DNA from: Euprymna scolopes
Lineage: Eukaryota
DNA length: 64,000 nucleotides
Strand: one strand, 5' to 3'
Assembly (NCBI GenBank): GCA_053919585.1
Contig: CM132785.1
Position numbers and translations under genes: made by a program. Below, one piece after another: positions 1-13,498 of the stretch. Every line of letters begins with the position of its first letter. Position 1 is the stretch's first letter. A model generated the notes under the pieces. It was given only the letters and a program-made list of their open reading frames with translations. It made no database searches and was not told the origin of the DNA.

Positions 1-220
1 ATTATTTGCTAAGTATAACCTCTCAACTAAAATTTGTTTTTCTACAAGTAACATAATTACAAACTACAGAAGGTATGCAAATATAATTATCTATACGATT
101 CAATGAATACATGATGTTATGTGGAGCACAACGTGCGTCAATCAGGGTTTGGTAGATGAACTTATCCTTATCTATATAATCGTTAGATATATAAGCTGAA
201 ATTCAAATTTGAACACTAAC

Positions 221-394
221 CTCCGGTACCACCTCCTAGGCTTTTAAGTGTTTCTCTAGCTTCCTGCAGATCGCAACTCAATTCTGGGTATCTGGCAGCT
301 TCACATTCTGTAATAGCTTCTTTTAATGCTGTCGTATCTTTGCTTCTAACAGCTTCGGCAATTTTCTCACGCAAACTCTCCGCAGATTTAATAT
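221..394 (-). CDS. Array copy 1 exon, type B, 174 nt
   Basis: ttgttag|AT ATT AAA...GGA G|gttag; DIKSAESLREKIAEAVRSKD...ECEAARYPELSCDLQEARETLKSLGGGTG. Confidence 0.88.
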
Positions 395-3300
395 CTAACA
401 AGCAGAAGCACAATCCAATTGCAAAACACTTTCGATAATTATGAATTTATTCGGTAAATAATAGAGCAAGTACTTATTTATACACACTTCAGCAAGAAAT
501 ATCTCTTATAATGAATCATTCATGAAAAATACGTGAATTAAACACAAGTTTTAAATAAAGTAAATATTGAAGAAGTTCTAACCTCCACTTCCTCCACGAA
601 GAATATCTAAAAGTTTCCGTGCTTTATCGATATCGGCGTCTAATTCTGGTATTCCAGCTGATACACTTTCAGTAATAACTTTCTCAAGCAGAGATTTGTC
701 TTGTTTTCTCATGGCTTCTGTCAGTTTCGCTCTCACACTGCCCACATTTGTCGTTCCTGTTAAGCAAACGTTTCACAAATACAAACACTGTCACAATATT
801 ACACTGAAAGCGACAACTAGTGATAAAGAAAAAGAATATAAAATGAAATTTTCCATGCAAGACAAATGAAATTTAAGTGAGAATTATTCTAACCTCCGAG
901 ACCACCTCCTAACTGTTGAAGGGCTTCTCTTGCTTTCCGTAGCACTGAACTCAGTTCTGGCAATGCGGCACGCTCGGCACCTTCGATAACTCTTTCCAGA
1001 CTAGCTTTGTCTTTGGAGTCGCTCGCTTTTTCCAGCTCATCCCGTAATTCACGCACAGACTTCTTTGGCATTTCTGACAACGGCAACAAACCATTACCAT
1101 ATATTAGTTTAATTTCTTAAAAATTGACCTAAATCATTGTTTTAAATTTACAACTGAAAGTAACCAGAATTTGAGTTCAATTAAATAAAACACCCACCTC
1201 CTATTCTGGCGTATCCAATAGGGGATAAATTGCGCCTAGCCTCTTGGATTACACTATCCAATTCTGGCATTCCAGCCGCTACACATTCACTGATCACATT
1301 CTCCAAACTGTCCTTATCTCCAACTCTCATAGTTGTCCTCAATTTCTCTCGTAAAGCGTCCGCTGTTAAAGTACCTACAATTTCAAATTCACAATTCCCT
1401 TTCTCAAACCGATTTAATCACTAATGTAATTTCATAAATTATTACATTTGAATTCTATTCTACTACAGGACACTCAGTTACTACCAGAGGTTAGATTCTA
1501 CCGCCGCTCCTCCGCCAATATTATTTCTATAAATCATATATGATTCACTAGTTAAAAAAGTGTCCTCTTCGACTTTTCAATAATTTTTCATTCAACGGGA
1601 TTTGATATCAAAGTAATAATTCCAATAGATAATCTCGTTCATAATATTATTAAATTCTACTGACGTAAACCTCTTATTATCAGCTCAATATACCAACACA
1701 GAAAAGAAGATGTATTTTTTCACTTTCCGAAATGTACAATTTGAAAATGATGCAATCTAATAAAGCAGACTTTAGAAACTGACCTCCTCGTCCTCCACCT
1801 AAACTTTCCAGTGAATCGCGGGCTTTACGTAGGTCACTGGCAATCTCTGGGTATCTGGCAACCTCAGCTTCTGCAATTGCTTTATCCAAAGCCTTGATGT
1901 CTTTTTGTCTAATAGCCATGGTCAGTTGGTCACGCAGTGTGTCGGCCGATTTCACATCTGACGAACAAATAAGTTTTACCGTCATTATACATAGCAATCC
2001 TACATATTGTATACATCTTGGGAAATTTCCAAGAAAAATGCACATTTTCAAAATCGATTACAACGTCAATAATACTATCAATCTAACCTCCAGTGCCACC
2101 ACGAAGAATGTCTGCTAAACTTCTAGCCTTCTGGATATCAGTTTCCAGCTCTGGCATTCCGACTGACACACATTCGCTGATAACCTTGTCCAAAATGATT
2201 CTGTCTTTCGCTTTCATTGCTTCCCCCAATTTACTACGTAGTCCATCAACACTCTTACTTCCTAACAAGCGAAAAATAACAACAATCATGAGCAACAATA
2301 ACCACATCGGATGTATTGAATAAAATGCATTAATTTCAAATCCATCACACTAAAGCACACAATGCATGATTAAAATTCTAACCTCCACGTCCTCCTCCCA
2401 AACTTTCCAGAGTGTCCCTGGCTTTACGTAGATCGGAGCTCACTTCGGGAAAGGCTGCTTCTTCAGCTTCTCCGATCACACTTTGAAGACTGCGTATATC
2501 TTTTGAGACGATCGCTTTCTTTATTTTATCGCGCACATTCTCAGGACTCACAGTTACGCTTTCTGTTAAGACAAGCACAATTGACGCACTCAATAACATT
2601 ACAGAAATAATGTAACGTATTCTGATTTGATTCAAATGCATCTATCAGTAAACTGCAATTCTCAAATGACCATTCAAACATCGTTTTTAAATAGAATCTC
2701 AACATAGATACGCACAAGAATCATGAAAATATCAATATATATATTTGCCCACCTCTTCTTGGCATTTCTTCCAAGTCATCCACAAGTTGTCTTGCTTGCT
2801 GTACAGCAGAATCTAGTACTGGCATACCAGCAGACACACATTCATTGATCACACCTTCCAGAGTCTCTATATCGCCATCTTGACTTGCTCTTCTTAGTTT
2901 TGCAAGCAATATTTCAGGCGATAATATTCCTATTAGATGAAACAAGCGATTTACGTTAAACAAATCTTACAACATAGCAACACTACAAATCCGCTCCTAA
3001 TCATGCAGTATATATATTAAATCTTTTATCTATTTTGATCTAAATAATTAATCGTATATCACTAGAATAATCATTTTGTTAATTATTATTTGCTAAGTAT
3101 AACCTCTCAACTAAAATTTGTTTTTCTACAAGTAACATAATTACAAACTACAGCAGGTATGCAAATATAATTATCTATACGATTCAATGAATACATGATG
3201 TTATGTGGAGCACAACGTGCGTCAATCAGGGTTTGGTAGATGAACTTATCCTTATCTATATAATCGTTAGATATATAAGCTGAAATTCAAATTTGAACAC

Positions 3301-6300
3301 TAACCTCCGGTACCACCTCCTAGGCTTTTAAGTGTTTCTCTAGCTTCCTGCAGATCGCAACTCAATTCTGGGTATCTGGCAGCTTCACATTCTGTAATAG
3401 CTTCTTTTAATGCTGTCGTATCTTTGCTTCTAACAGCTTCGGCAATTTTCTCACGCAAACTCTCCGCAGATTTAATATCTAACAAGCAGAAGCACAATCC
3501 AATTGCAAAACACTTTCGATAATTATGAATTTATTCGGTAAATAATAGAGCAAGTACTTATTTATACACACTTCAGCAAGAAATATCTCTTATAATGAAT
3601 CATTCATGAAAAATACGTGAATTAAACACAAGTTTTAAATAAAGTAAATATTGAAGAAGTTCTAACCTCCACTTCCTCCACGAAGAATATCTAAAAGTTT
3701 CCGTGCTTTATCGATATCGGCGTCTAATTCTGGTATTCCAGCTGATACACTTTCAGTAATAACTTTCTCAAGCAGAGATTTGTCTTGTTTTCTCATGGCT
3801 TCTGTCAGTTTCGCTCTCACACTGTCCACATTTGTCGTTCCTGTTAAGCAAACGTTTCACAAATACAAACACTGTCACAATATTACACTGAAAGCGACAA
3901 CTAGTGATAAAGAAAAAGAATATAAAATGAAATTTTCCATGCAAGACAAATGAAATTTAAGTGAGAATTATTCTAACCTCCGAGACCACCTCCTAACTGT
4001 TGAAGGGCTTCTCTTGCTTTCCGTAGCACTGAACTCAGTTCTGGCAATGCGGCACGCTCGGCACCTTCGATAACTCTTTCCAGACTAGCTTTGTCTTTGG
4101 AGTCGCTCGCTTTTTCCAGCTCATCCCGTAATTCACGCACAGACTTCTTTGGCATTTCTGACAACGGCAACAAACCATTACCATATATTAGTTTAATTTC
4201 TTAAAAATTGACCTAAATCATTGTTTTAAATTTACAACTGAAAGTAACCAGAATTTGAGTTCAATTAAATAAAACACCCACCTCCTATTCTGGCGTATCC
4301 AATAGGGGATAAATTGCGCCTAGCCTCTTGGATTACACTATCCAATTCTGGCATTCCAGCCGCTACACATTCACTGATCACATTCTCCAAACTGTCCTTA
4401 TCTCCAACTCTCATAGTTGTCCTCAATTTCTCTCGTAAAGCGTCCGCTGTTAAAGTACCTACAATTTCAAATTCACAATTCCCTTTCTCAAACCGATTTA
4501 ATCACTAATGTAATTTCATAAATTATTACATTTGAATTCTATTCTACTACAGGACACTCAGTTACTACCAGAGGTTAGATTCTACCGCCGCTCCTCCGCC
4601 AATATTATTTCTATAAATCATATATGATTCACTAGTTAAAAAAGTGTCCTCTTCGACTTTTCAATAATTTTTCATTCAACGGGATTTGATATCAAAGTAA
4701 TAATTCCAATAGATAATCTCGTTCATAATATTATTAAATTCTACTGACGTAAACCTCTTATTATCAGCTCAATATACCAACACAGAAAAGAAGATGTATT
4801 TTTTCACTTTCCGAAATGTACAATTTGAAAATGATGCAATCTAATAAAGCAGACTTTAGAAACTGACCTCCTCGTCCTCCACCTAAACTTTCCAGTGAAT
4901 CGCGGGCTTTACGTAGGTCACTGGCAATCTCTGGGTATCTGGCAACCTCAGCTTCTGCAATTGCTTTATCCAAAGCCTTGATGTCTTTTTGTCTAATAGC
5001 CATGGTCAGTTGGTCACGCAGTGTGTCGGCCGATTTCACATCTGACGAACAAATAAGTTTTACCGTCATTATACATAGCAATCCTACATATTGTATACAT
5101 CTTGGGAAATTTCCAAGAAAAATGCACATTTTCAAAATCGATTACAACGTCAATAATACTATCAATCTAACCTCCAGTGCCACCACGAAGAATGTCTGCT
5201 AAACTTCTAGCCTTCTGGATATCAGTTTCCAGCTCTGGCATTCCGACTGACACACATTCGCTGATAACCTTGTCCAAAATGATTCTGTCTTTCGCTTTCA
5301 TTGCTTCCTCCAATTTACTACGTAGTCCATCAACACTCTTACTTCCTAACAAGCGAAAAATAACAACAATCATGAGCAACAATAACCACATCGGATGTAT
5401 TGAATAAAATGCATTAATTTCAAATCCATCACACTAAAGCACACAATGCATGATTAAAATTCTAACCTCCACGTCCTCCTCCCAAACTTTCCAGAGTGTC
5501 CCTGGCTTTACGTAGATCGGAGCTCACTTCGGGAAAGGCTGCTTCTTCAGCTTCTCCGATCACACTTTGAAGACTGCGTATATCTTTTGAGACGATCGCT
5601 TTCTTTATTTTATCGCGCACATTCTCAGGACTCACAGTTACGCTTTCTGTTAAGACAAGCACAATTGACGCACTCAATAACATTACAGAAATAATGTAAC
5701 GTATTCTGATTTGATTCAAATGCATCTATCAGTAAACTGCAATTCTCAAATGACCATTCAAACATCGTTTTTAAATAGAATCTCAACATAGATACGCACA
5801 AGAATCATGAAAATATCAATATATATATTTGCCCACCTCTTCTTGGCATTTCTTCCAAGTCATCCACAAGTTGTCTTGCTTGCTGTACAGCAGAATCTAG
5901 TACTGGCATACCAGCAGACACACATTCATTGATCACACCTTCCAGAGTCTCTATATCGCCATCTTGACTTGCTCTTCTTAGTTTTGCAAGCAATATTTCA
6001 GGCGATAATATTCCTATTAGATGAAACAAGCGATTTACGTTAAACAAATCTTACAACATAGCAACACTACAAATCCGCTCCTAATCATGCAGTATATATA
6101 TTAAATCTTTTATCTATTTTGATCTAAATAATTAATCGTATATCACTAGAATAATCATTTTGTTAATTATTATTTGCTAAGTATAACCTCTCAACTAAAA
6201 TTTGTTTTTCTACAAGTAACATAATTACAAACTACAGCAGGTATGCAAATAAAATTATCTATACGATTCAATGAATACATGATGTTATGTGGAGCACAAC

Positions 6301-9300
6301 GTGCGTCAATCAGGGTTTGGTAGATGAACTTATCCTTATCTATATAATCGTTAGATATATAAGCTGAAATTCGAGTTTGAACACTAACCTCCGGTACCAC
6401 CTCCTAAGCTTTTCAGTGTTTCTCTAGCTTCCTGCAGATCGCAACTCAATTCTGGGTATCTGGCAGCTTCACATTCTGTAATAGCTTCTTTTAATGCTGT
6501 CGTATCTTTGCTTCTAACAGCTTCGGCAATTTTCTCACGCAAACTCTCCGCAGATTTAATATCTAACAAGCAGAAGCACAATCCAATTGCAAAACACTTT
6601 CGATAATTATGAATTTATTCGGTAAATAATAGAGCAAGTACTTATTTATACACACTTCAGCAAGAAATATCTCTTATAATGAATCATTCATGAAAAATAC
6701 GTGAATTAAACACAAGTTTTAAATAAAGTAAATATTGAAGAAGTTCTAACCTCCACTTCCTCCACGAAGAATATCTAAAAGTTTCCGTGCTTTATCGATA
6801 TCGGCGTCTAATTCTGGTATTCCAGCTGATACACTTTCAGTAATAACTTTCTCAAGCAGAGATTTGTCTTGTTTTCTCATGGCTTCTGTCAGTTTCGCTC
6901 TCACACTGTCCACATTTGTCGTTCCTGTTAAGCAAACGTTTCACAAATACAAACACTGTCACAATATTACACTGAAAGCGACAACTAGTGATAAAGAAAA
7001 AGAATATAAAATGAAATTTTCCATGCAAGACAAATGAAATTTAAGTGAGAATTATTCTAACCTCCGAGACCACCTCCTAACTGTTGAAGGGCTTCTCTTG
7101 CTTTCCGTAGCACTGAACTCAGTTCTGGCAATGCGGCACGCTCGGCACCTTCGATAACTCTTTCCAGACTAGCTTTGTCTTTGGAGTCGCTCGCTTTTTC
7201 CAGCTCATCCCGTAATTCACGCACAGACTTCTTTGGCATTTCTGACAACGGCAACAAACCATTACCATATATTAGTTTAATTTCTTAAAAATTGACCTAA
7301 ATCATTGTTTTAAATTTACAACTGAAAGTAACCAGAATTTGAGTTCAATTAAATAAAACACCCACCTCCTATTCTGGCGTATCCAATAGGGGATAAATTG
7401 CGCCTAGCCTCTTGGATTACACTATCCAATTCTGGCATTCCAGCCGCTACACATTCACTGATCACATTCTCCAAACTGTCCTTATCTCCAACTCTCATAG
7501 TTGTCCTCAATTTCTCTCGTAAAGCGTCCGCTGTTAAAGTACCTACAATTTCAAATTCACAATTCCCTTTCTCAAACCGATTTAATCACTAATGTAATTT
7601 CATAAATTATTACATTTGAATTCTATTCTACTACAGGACACTCAGTTACTACCAGAGGTTAGATTCTACCGCCGCTCCTCCGCCAATATTATTTCTATAA
7701 ATCATATATGATTCACTAGTTAAAAAAGTGTCCTCTTCGACTTTTCAATAATTTTTCATTCAACGGGATTTGATATCAAAGTAATAATTCCAATAGATAA
7801 TCTCGTTCATAATATTATTAAATTCTACTGACGTAAACCTCTTATTATCAGCTCAATATACCAACACAGAAAAGAAGATGTATTTTTTCACTTTCCGAAA
7901 TGTACAATTTGAAAATGATGCAATCTAATAAAGCAGACTTTAGAAACTGACCTCCTCGTCCTCCACCTAAACTTTCCAGTGAATCGCGGGCTTTACGTAG
8001 GTCACTGGCAATCTCTGGGTATCTGGCAACCTCAGCTTCTGCAATTGCTTTATCCAAAGCCTTGATGTCTTTTTGTCTAATAGCCATGGTCAGTTGGTCA
8101 CGCAGTGTGTCGGCCGATTTCACATCTGACGAACAAATAAGTTTTACCGTCATTATACATAGCAATCCTACATATTGTATACATCTTGGGAAATTTCCAA
8201 GAAAAATGCACATTTTCAAAATCGATTACAACGTCAATAATACTATCAATCTAACCTCCAGTGCCACCACGAAGAATGTCTGCTAAACTTCTAGCCTTCT
8301 GGATATCAGTTTCCAGCTCTGGCATTCCGACTGACACACATTCGCTGATAACCTTGTCCAAAATGATTCTGTCTTTCGCTTTCATTGCTTCCTCCAATTT
8401 ACTACGTAGTCCATCAACACTCTTACTTCCTAACAAGCGAAAAATAACAACAATCATGAGCAACAATAACCACATCGGATGTATTGAATAAAATGCATTA
8501 ATTTCAAATCCATCACACTAAAGCACACAATGCATGATTAAAATTCTAACCTCCACGTCCTCCTCCCAAACTTTCCAGAGTGTCCCTGGCTTTACGTAGA
8601 TCGGAGCTCACTTCGGGAAAGGCTGCTTCTTCAGCTTCTCCGATCACACTTTGAAGACTGCGTATATCTTTTGAGACGATCGCTTTCTTTATTTTATCGC
8701 GCACATTCTCAGGACTCACAGTTACGCTTTCTGTTAAGACAAGCACAATTGACGCACTCAATAACATTACAGAAATAATGTAACGTATTCTGATTTGATT
8801 CAAATGCATCTATCAGTAAACTGCAATTCTCAAATGACCATTCAAACATCGTTTTTAAATAGAATCTCAACATAGATACGCACAAGAATCATGAAAATAT
8901 CAATATATATATTTGCCCACCTCTTCTTGGCATTTCTTCCAAGTCATCCACAAGTTGTCTTGCTTGCTGTACAGCAGAATCTAGTACTGGCATACCAGCA
9001 GACACACATTCATTGATCACACCTTCCAGAGTCTCTATATCGCCATCTTGACTTGCTCTTCTTAGTTTTGCAAGCAATATTTCAGGCGATAATATTCCTA
9101 TTAGATGAAACAAGCGATTTACGTTAAACAAATCTTACAACATAGCAACACTACAAATCCGCTCCTAATCATGCAGTATATATATTAAATCTTTTATCTA
9201 TTTTGATCTAAATAATTAATCGTATATCACTAGAATAATCATTTTGTTAATTATTATTTGCTAAGTATAACCTCTCAACTAAAATTTGTTTTTCTACAAG

Positions 9301-12183
9301 TAACATAATTACAAACTACAGCAGGTATGCAAATATAATTATCTATACGATTCAATGAGTACATGATGGTATGTGGAGCACAACGTGCGTCAATCAGGGT
9401 TTGGTAGATGAACTTATCCTTATCTATATAATCGTTAGATATATAAGCTGAAATTCGAGTTTGAACACTAACCTCCGGTACCACCTCCTAAGCTTTTCAG
9501 TGTTTCTCTAGCTTCCTGCAGATCGCAACTCAATTCTGGGTATCTGGCAGCTTCACATTCTGTAATAGCTTCTTTTAATGCTGTCGTATCTTTGCTTCTA
9601 ACAGCTTCGGCAATTTTCTCACGCAAACTCTCCGCAGAATTAATATCTAACAAGCAGAAGCACAATCCAATTGCAAAACACTTTCGATAATTATGAATTT
9701 ATTCGGTAAATAATAGAGCAAGTACTTATTTATACACACTTCAGCAAGAAATATCTCTTATAATGAATCATTCATGAAAAATACGTGAATTAAACACAAG
9801 TTTTAAATAAAGTAAATATTGAAGAAGTTCTAACCTCCACTTCCTCCACGAAGAATATCTAAAAGTTTCCGTGCTTTATCGATATCGGCGTCTAATTCTG
9901 GTATTCCAGCTGATACACTTTCAGTAATAACTTTCTCAAGCAGAGATTTGTCTTGTTTTCTCATGGCTTCTGTCAGTTTCGCTCTCACACTGTCCACATT
10001 TGTCGTTCCTGTTAAGCAAACGTTTCACAAATACAAACACTGTCACAATATTACACTGAAAGCGACAACTAGTGATAAAGAAAAAGAATATAAAATGAAA
10101 TTTTCCATGCAAGACAAATGAAATTTAAGTGAGAATTATTCTAACCTCCGAGACCACCTCCTAACTGTTGAAGGGCTTCTCTTGCTTTCCGTAGCACTGA
10201 ACTCAGTTCTGGCAATGCGGCACGCTCGGCACCTTCGATAACTCTTTCCAGACTAGCTTTGTCTTTGGAGTCGCTCGCTTTTTCCAGCTCATCCCGTAAT
10301 TCACGCACAGACTTCTTTGGCATTTCTGACAACGGCAACAAACCATTACCATATATTAGTTTAATTTCTTAAAAATTGACCTAAATCATTGTTTTAAATT
10401 TACAACTGAAAGTAACCAGAATTTGAGTTCAATTAAATAAAACACCCACCTCCTATTCTGGCGTATCCAATAGGGGATAAATTGCGCCTAGCCTCTTGGA
10501 TTACACTATCCAATTCTGGCATTCCAGCCGCTACACATTCACTGATCACATTCTCCAAACTGTCCTTATCTCCAACTCTCATAGTTGTCCTCAATTTCTC
10601 TCGTAAAGCGTCCGCTGTTAAAGTACCTACAATTTCAAATTCACAATTCCCTTTCTCAAACCGATTTAATCACTAATGTAATTTCATAAATTATTACATT
10701 TGAATTCTATTCTACTACAGGACACTCAGTTACTACCAGAGGTTAGATTCTACCGCCGCTCCTCCGCCAATATTATTTCTATAAATCATATATGATTCAC
10801 TAGTTAAAAAAGTGTCCTCTTCGACTTTTCAATAATTTTTCATTCAACGGGATTTGATATCAAAGTAATAATTCCAATAGATAATCTCGTTCATAATATT
10901 ATTAAATTCTACTGACGTAAACCTCTTATTATCAGCTCAATATACCAACACAGAAAAGAAGATGTATTTTTTCACTTTCCGAAATGTACAATTTGAAAAT
11001 GATGCAATCTAATAAAGCAGACTTTAGAAACTGACCTCCTCGTCCTCCACCTAAACTTTCCAGTGAATCGCGGGCTTTACGTAGGTCACTGGCAATCTCT
11101 GGGTATCTGGCAACCTCAGCTTCTGCAATTGCTTTATCCAAAGCCTTGATGTCTTTTTGTCTAATAGCCATGGTCAGTTGGTCACGCAGTGTGTCGGCCG
11201 ATTTCACATCTGACGAACAAATAAGTTTTACCGTCATTATACATAGCAATCCTACATATTGTATACATCTTGGGAAATTTCCAAGAAAAATGCACATTTT
11301 CAAAATCGATTACAACGTCAATAATACTATCAATCTAACCTCCAGTGCCACCACGAAGAATGTCTGCTAAACTTCTAGCCTTCTGGATATCAGTTTCCAG
11401 CTCTGGCATTCCGACTGACACACATTCGCTGATAACCTTGTCCAAAATGATTCTGTCTTTCGCTTTCATTGCTTCCTCCAATTTACTACGTAGTCCATCA
11501 ACACTCTTACTTCCTAACAAGCGAAAAATAACAACAATCATGAGCAACAATAACCACATCGGATGTATTGAATAAAATGCATTAATTTCAAATCCATCAC
11601 ACTAAAGCACACAATGCATGATTAAAATTCTAACCTCCACGTCCTCCTCCCAAACTTTCCAGAGTGTCCCTGGCTTTACGTAGATCGGAGCTCACTTCGG
11701 GAAAGGCTGCTTCTTCAGCTTCTCCGATCACACTTTGCAGACTGCGTATATCTTTTGAGGCGATCGCTTTCTTTAGTTTATCGCGCACATTCTCAGGACT
11801 CACAGTTACGCTTTCTGTTAAGACAAGCACAAGCGACGTACTGTGTTTTATAATATTCTTATTTAAACATGACATTTAATTATTGTCATATTTAACTCAC
11901 CTTTCGTTTTGTTTATTAGATAATAACTTTTTTTTTATTAATTATTTTCCTCATTTTTCTTTATTTAATTGATGAATGCTTTTTTTATTTTTTAGATTGT
12001 TTGAATATAGTTCATGTTTCAATAAGGCTTTAAGTGTAATACATAGGCACATATTTGTAGGCATAAAAATTCTGATGATCTATTGCCTTACTTTCTATTT
12101 GCACCGTTTTTAAACATAATTTTTTACACCCACTCCTATTAAAGAAATTGCACAATAATACTATGTATGTATATTTTAGCCCC

Positions 12184-12234
<51 letters not shown>

Positions 12235-13278
12235 TGCGTGTGTATATTTGCTTAAATTTTCAAAATATTTCCAAGTTTTCAAGCTCACGTATACACTCAC
12301 CTTCGTCCTGACCATCAAGAAACAAAATATTCATCTTTGCTTCATGAATGTCACTGGATAATTCAGGATAGCAAACAGCATCACATTCCTCGATAACCGT
12401 CTGTAATGTTTGCACATCATTTAGTCTCATAGCTTTCATAAGTTCCTCTCGTAGAGTTTCGGCTGATTTGAGTTCTGGGTAGCGAAATAATATTAACAAG
12501 TAAATACATAGGCTTTGTGACATGCCTTTCTTTATTTTCAACCGTTTATGTTGTTTCCTTGTTTATAAAACACTTGGCTTTTCGAATGTAGTAAGAAATT
12601 ATTATTTATGACTTCTCTAAATATTTTACTGTAATTTCACTTTTATTTATTCTGTAGATATGCTTTAATATATTATTACACGGTACTGTGATTTTGAATT
12701 ATTTATTTAAATCTAGTCAGAAATGTATTTAAACACCGTTGAAAATAAGTAATCCATCGAATTGACATAAATTATTTAGATAATTTCTATTTATTATTTT
12801 TTAAATACATTAATACATATATATATATATTTCACTGCTTTTGCAGGGAACACAATATTAACATTGCAATTAGCATGTTTTATTGATATTCATGATGAAC
12901 GGCGAGAAGGGTAAAGAAAAATTCTTCCGGACTCGTCAAGAGCTGTATTGAGGGATTTTTGTATTGAAGGCGAAAAAAAAAAAACAAAAAAAAAAAAAAC
13001 AAGGGAAACTTTATATATTTAAAAATATAACTTCGATAATATATATATATATATATATGCATATATATACACATACATATATATATAACTACTTCATTTA
13101 CTCACATAAAATTAATATACGAAAGTATAAATTTATGCGTAAACTTTAAGTATTTACTTCAAAAGTGCTCAATACGTAGGTAGAGCTAGTTAGTTAGTTA
13201 TAAAATATATATGACGATTAAGCTACACTGAATATTCCGCGTTTCATCCACTCTAGCTTAATCGCCATATATATTTCA

Positions 13279-13361
<83 letters not shown>

Positions 13362-13451
13362 ATAATGGTGGAATGTCTTAGAGGCTAATCACGTACACCC
13401 TCTTTGGATATACATATATATGTATGCATATATATATACATATATATAATA

Positions 13452-13498
<47 letters not shown>

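Larger units (their letters stand above)
1..11832. repeat. Near-perfect 3084-bp tandem array (copies at 1-3084, 3085-6168, 6169-9252, partial 9253-11832); each full unit has 8 exons (1410 nt, 470 aa) and 8 introns (1674 nt)
   Basis: ORF track repeats at +3084, +6168 and +9252. Sequences are identical except for a few SNPs. Identity ends after 11832 (acaagcacaa|gc versus |tt). Confidence 0.97.

Noticed and set aside
1485-1520. GC-rich patch ccgccgctcctccgcc and a plus-strand gaggttag in the 409-bp array intron as a possible relic or extra exon
   Set aside because: It reads IGGGAA on the minus strand, but no open 174-nt frame or repeat motif lies upstream. Too weak to call.
741-2225. Both copy 1 coding variants are A>G on the sense strand, suggesting an RNA-editing link
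   Set aside because: Only two events, and transitions are the commonest mutations.
1-11832. CRISPR-like or prokaryotic repeat system
   Set aside because: The repeats are kilobase-scale exon-intron units in eukaryotic DNA. There is no repeat-spacer pattern and no cas genes.
11895-12010. Hidden A exon ending at the AAG|GTGAGT donor
   Set aside because: The phase-1 frame hits a TAA within about 12 codons and there is no plausible acceptor.
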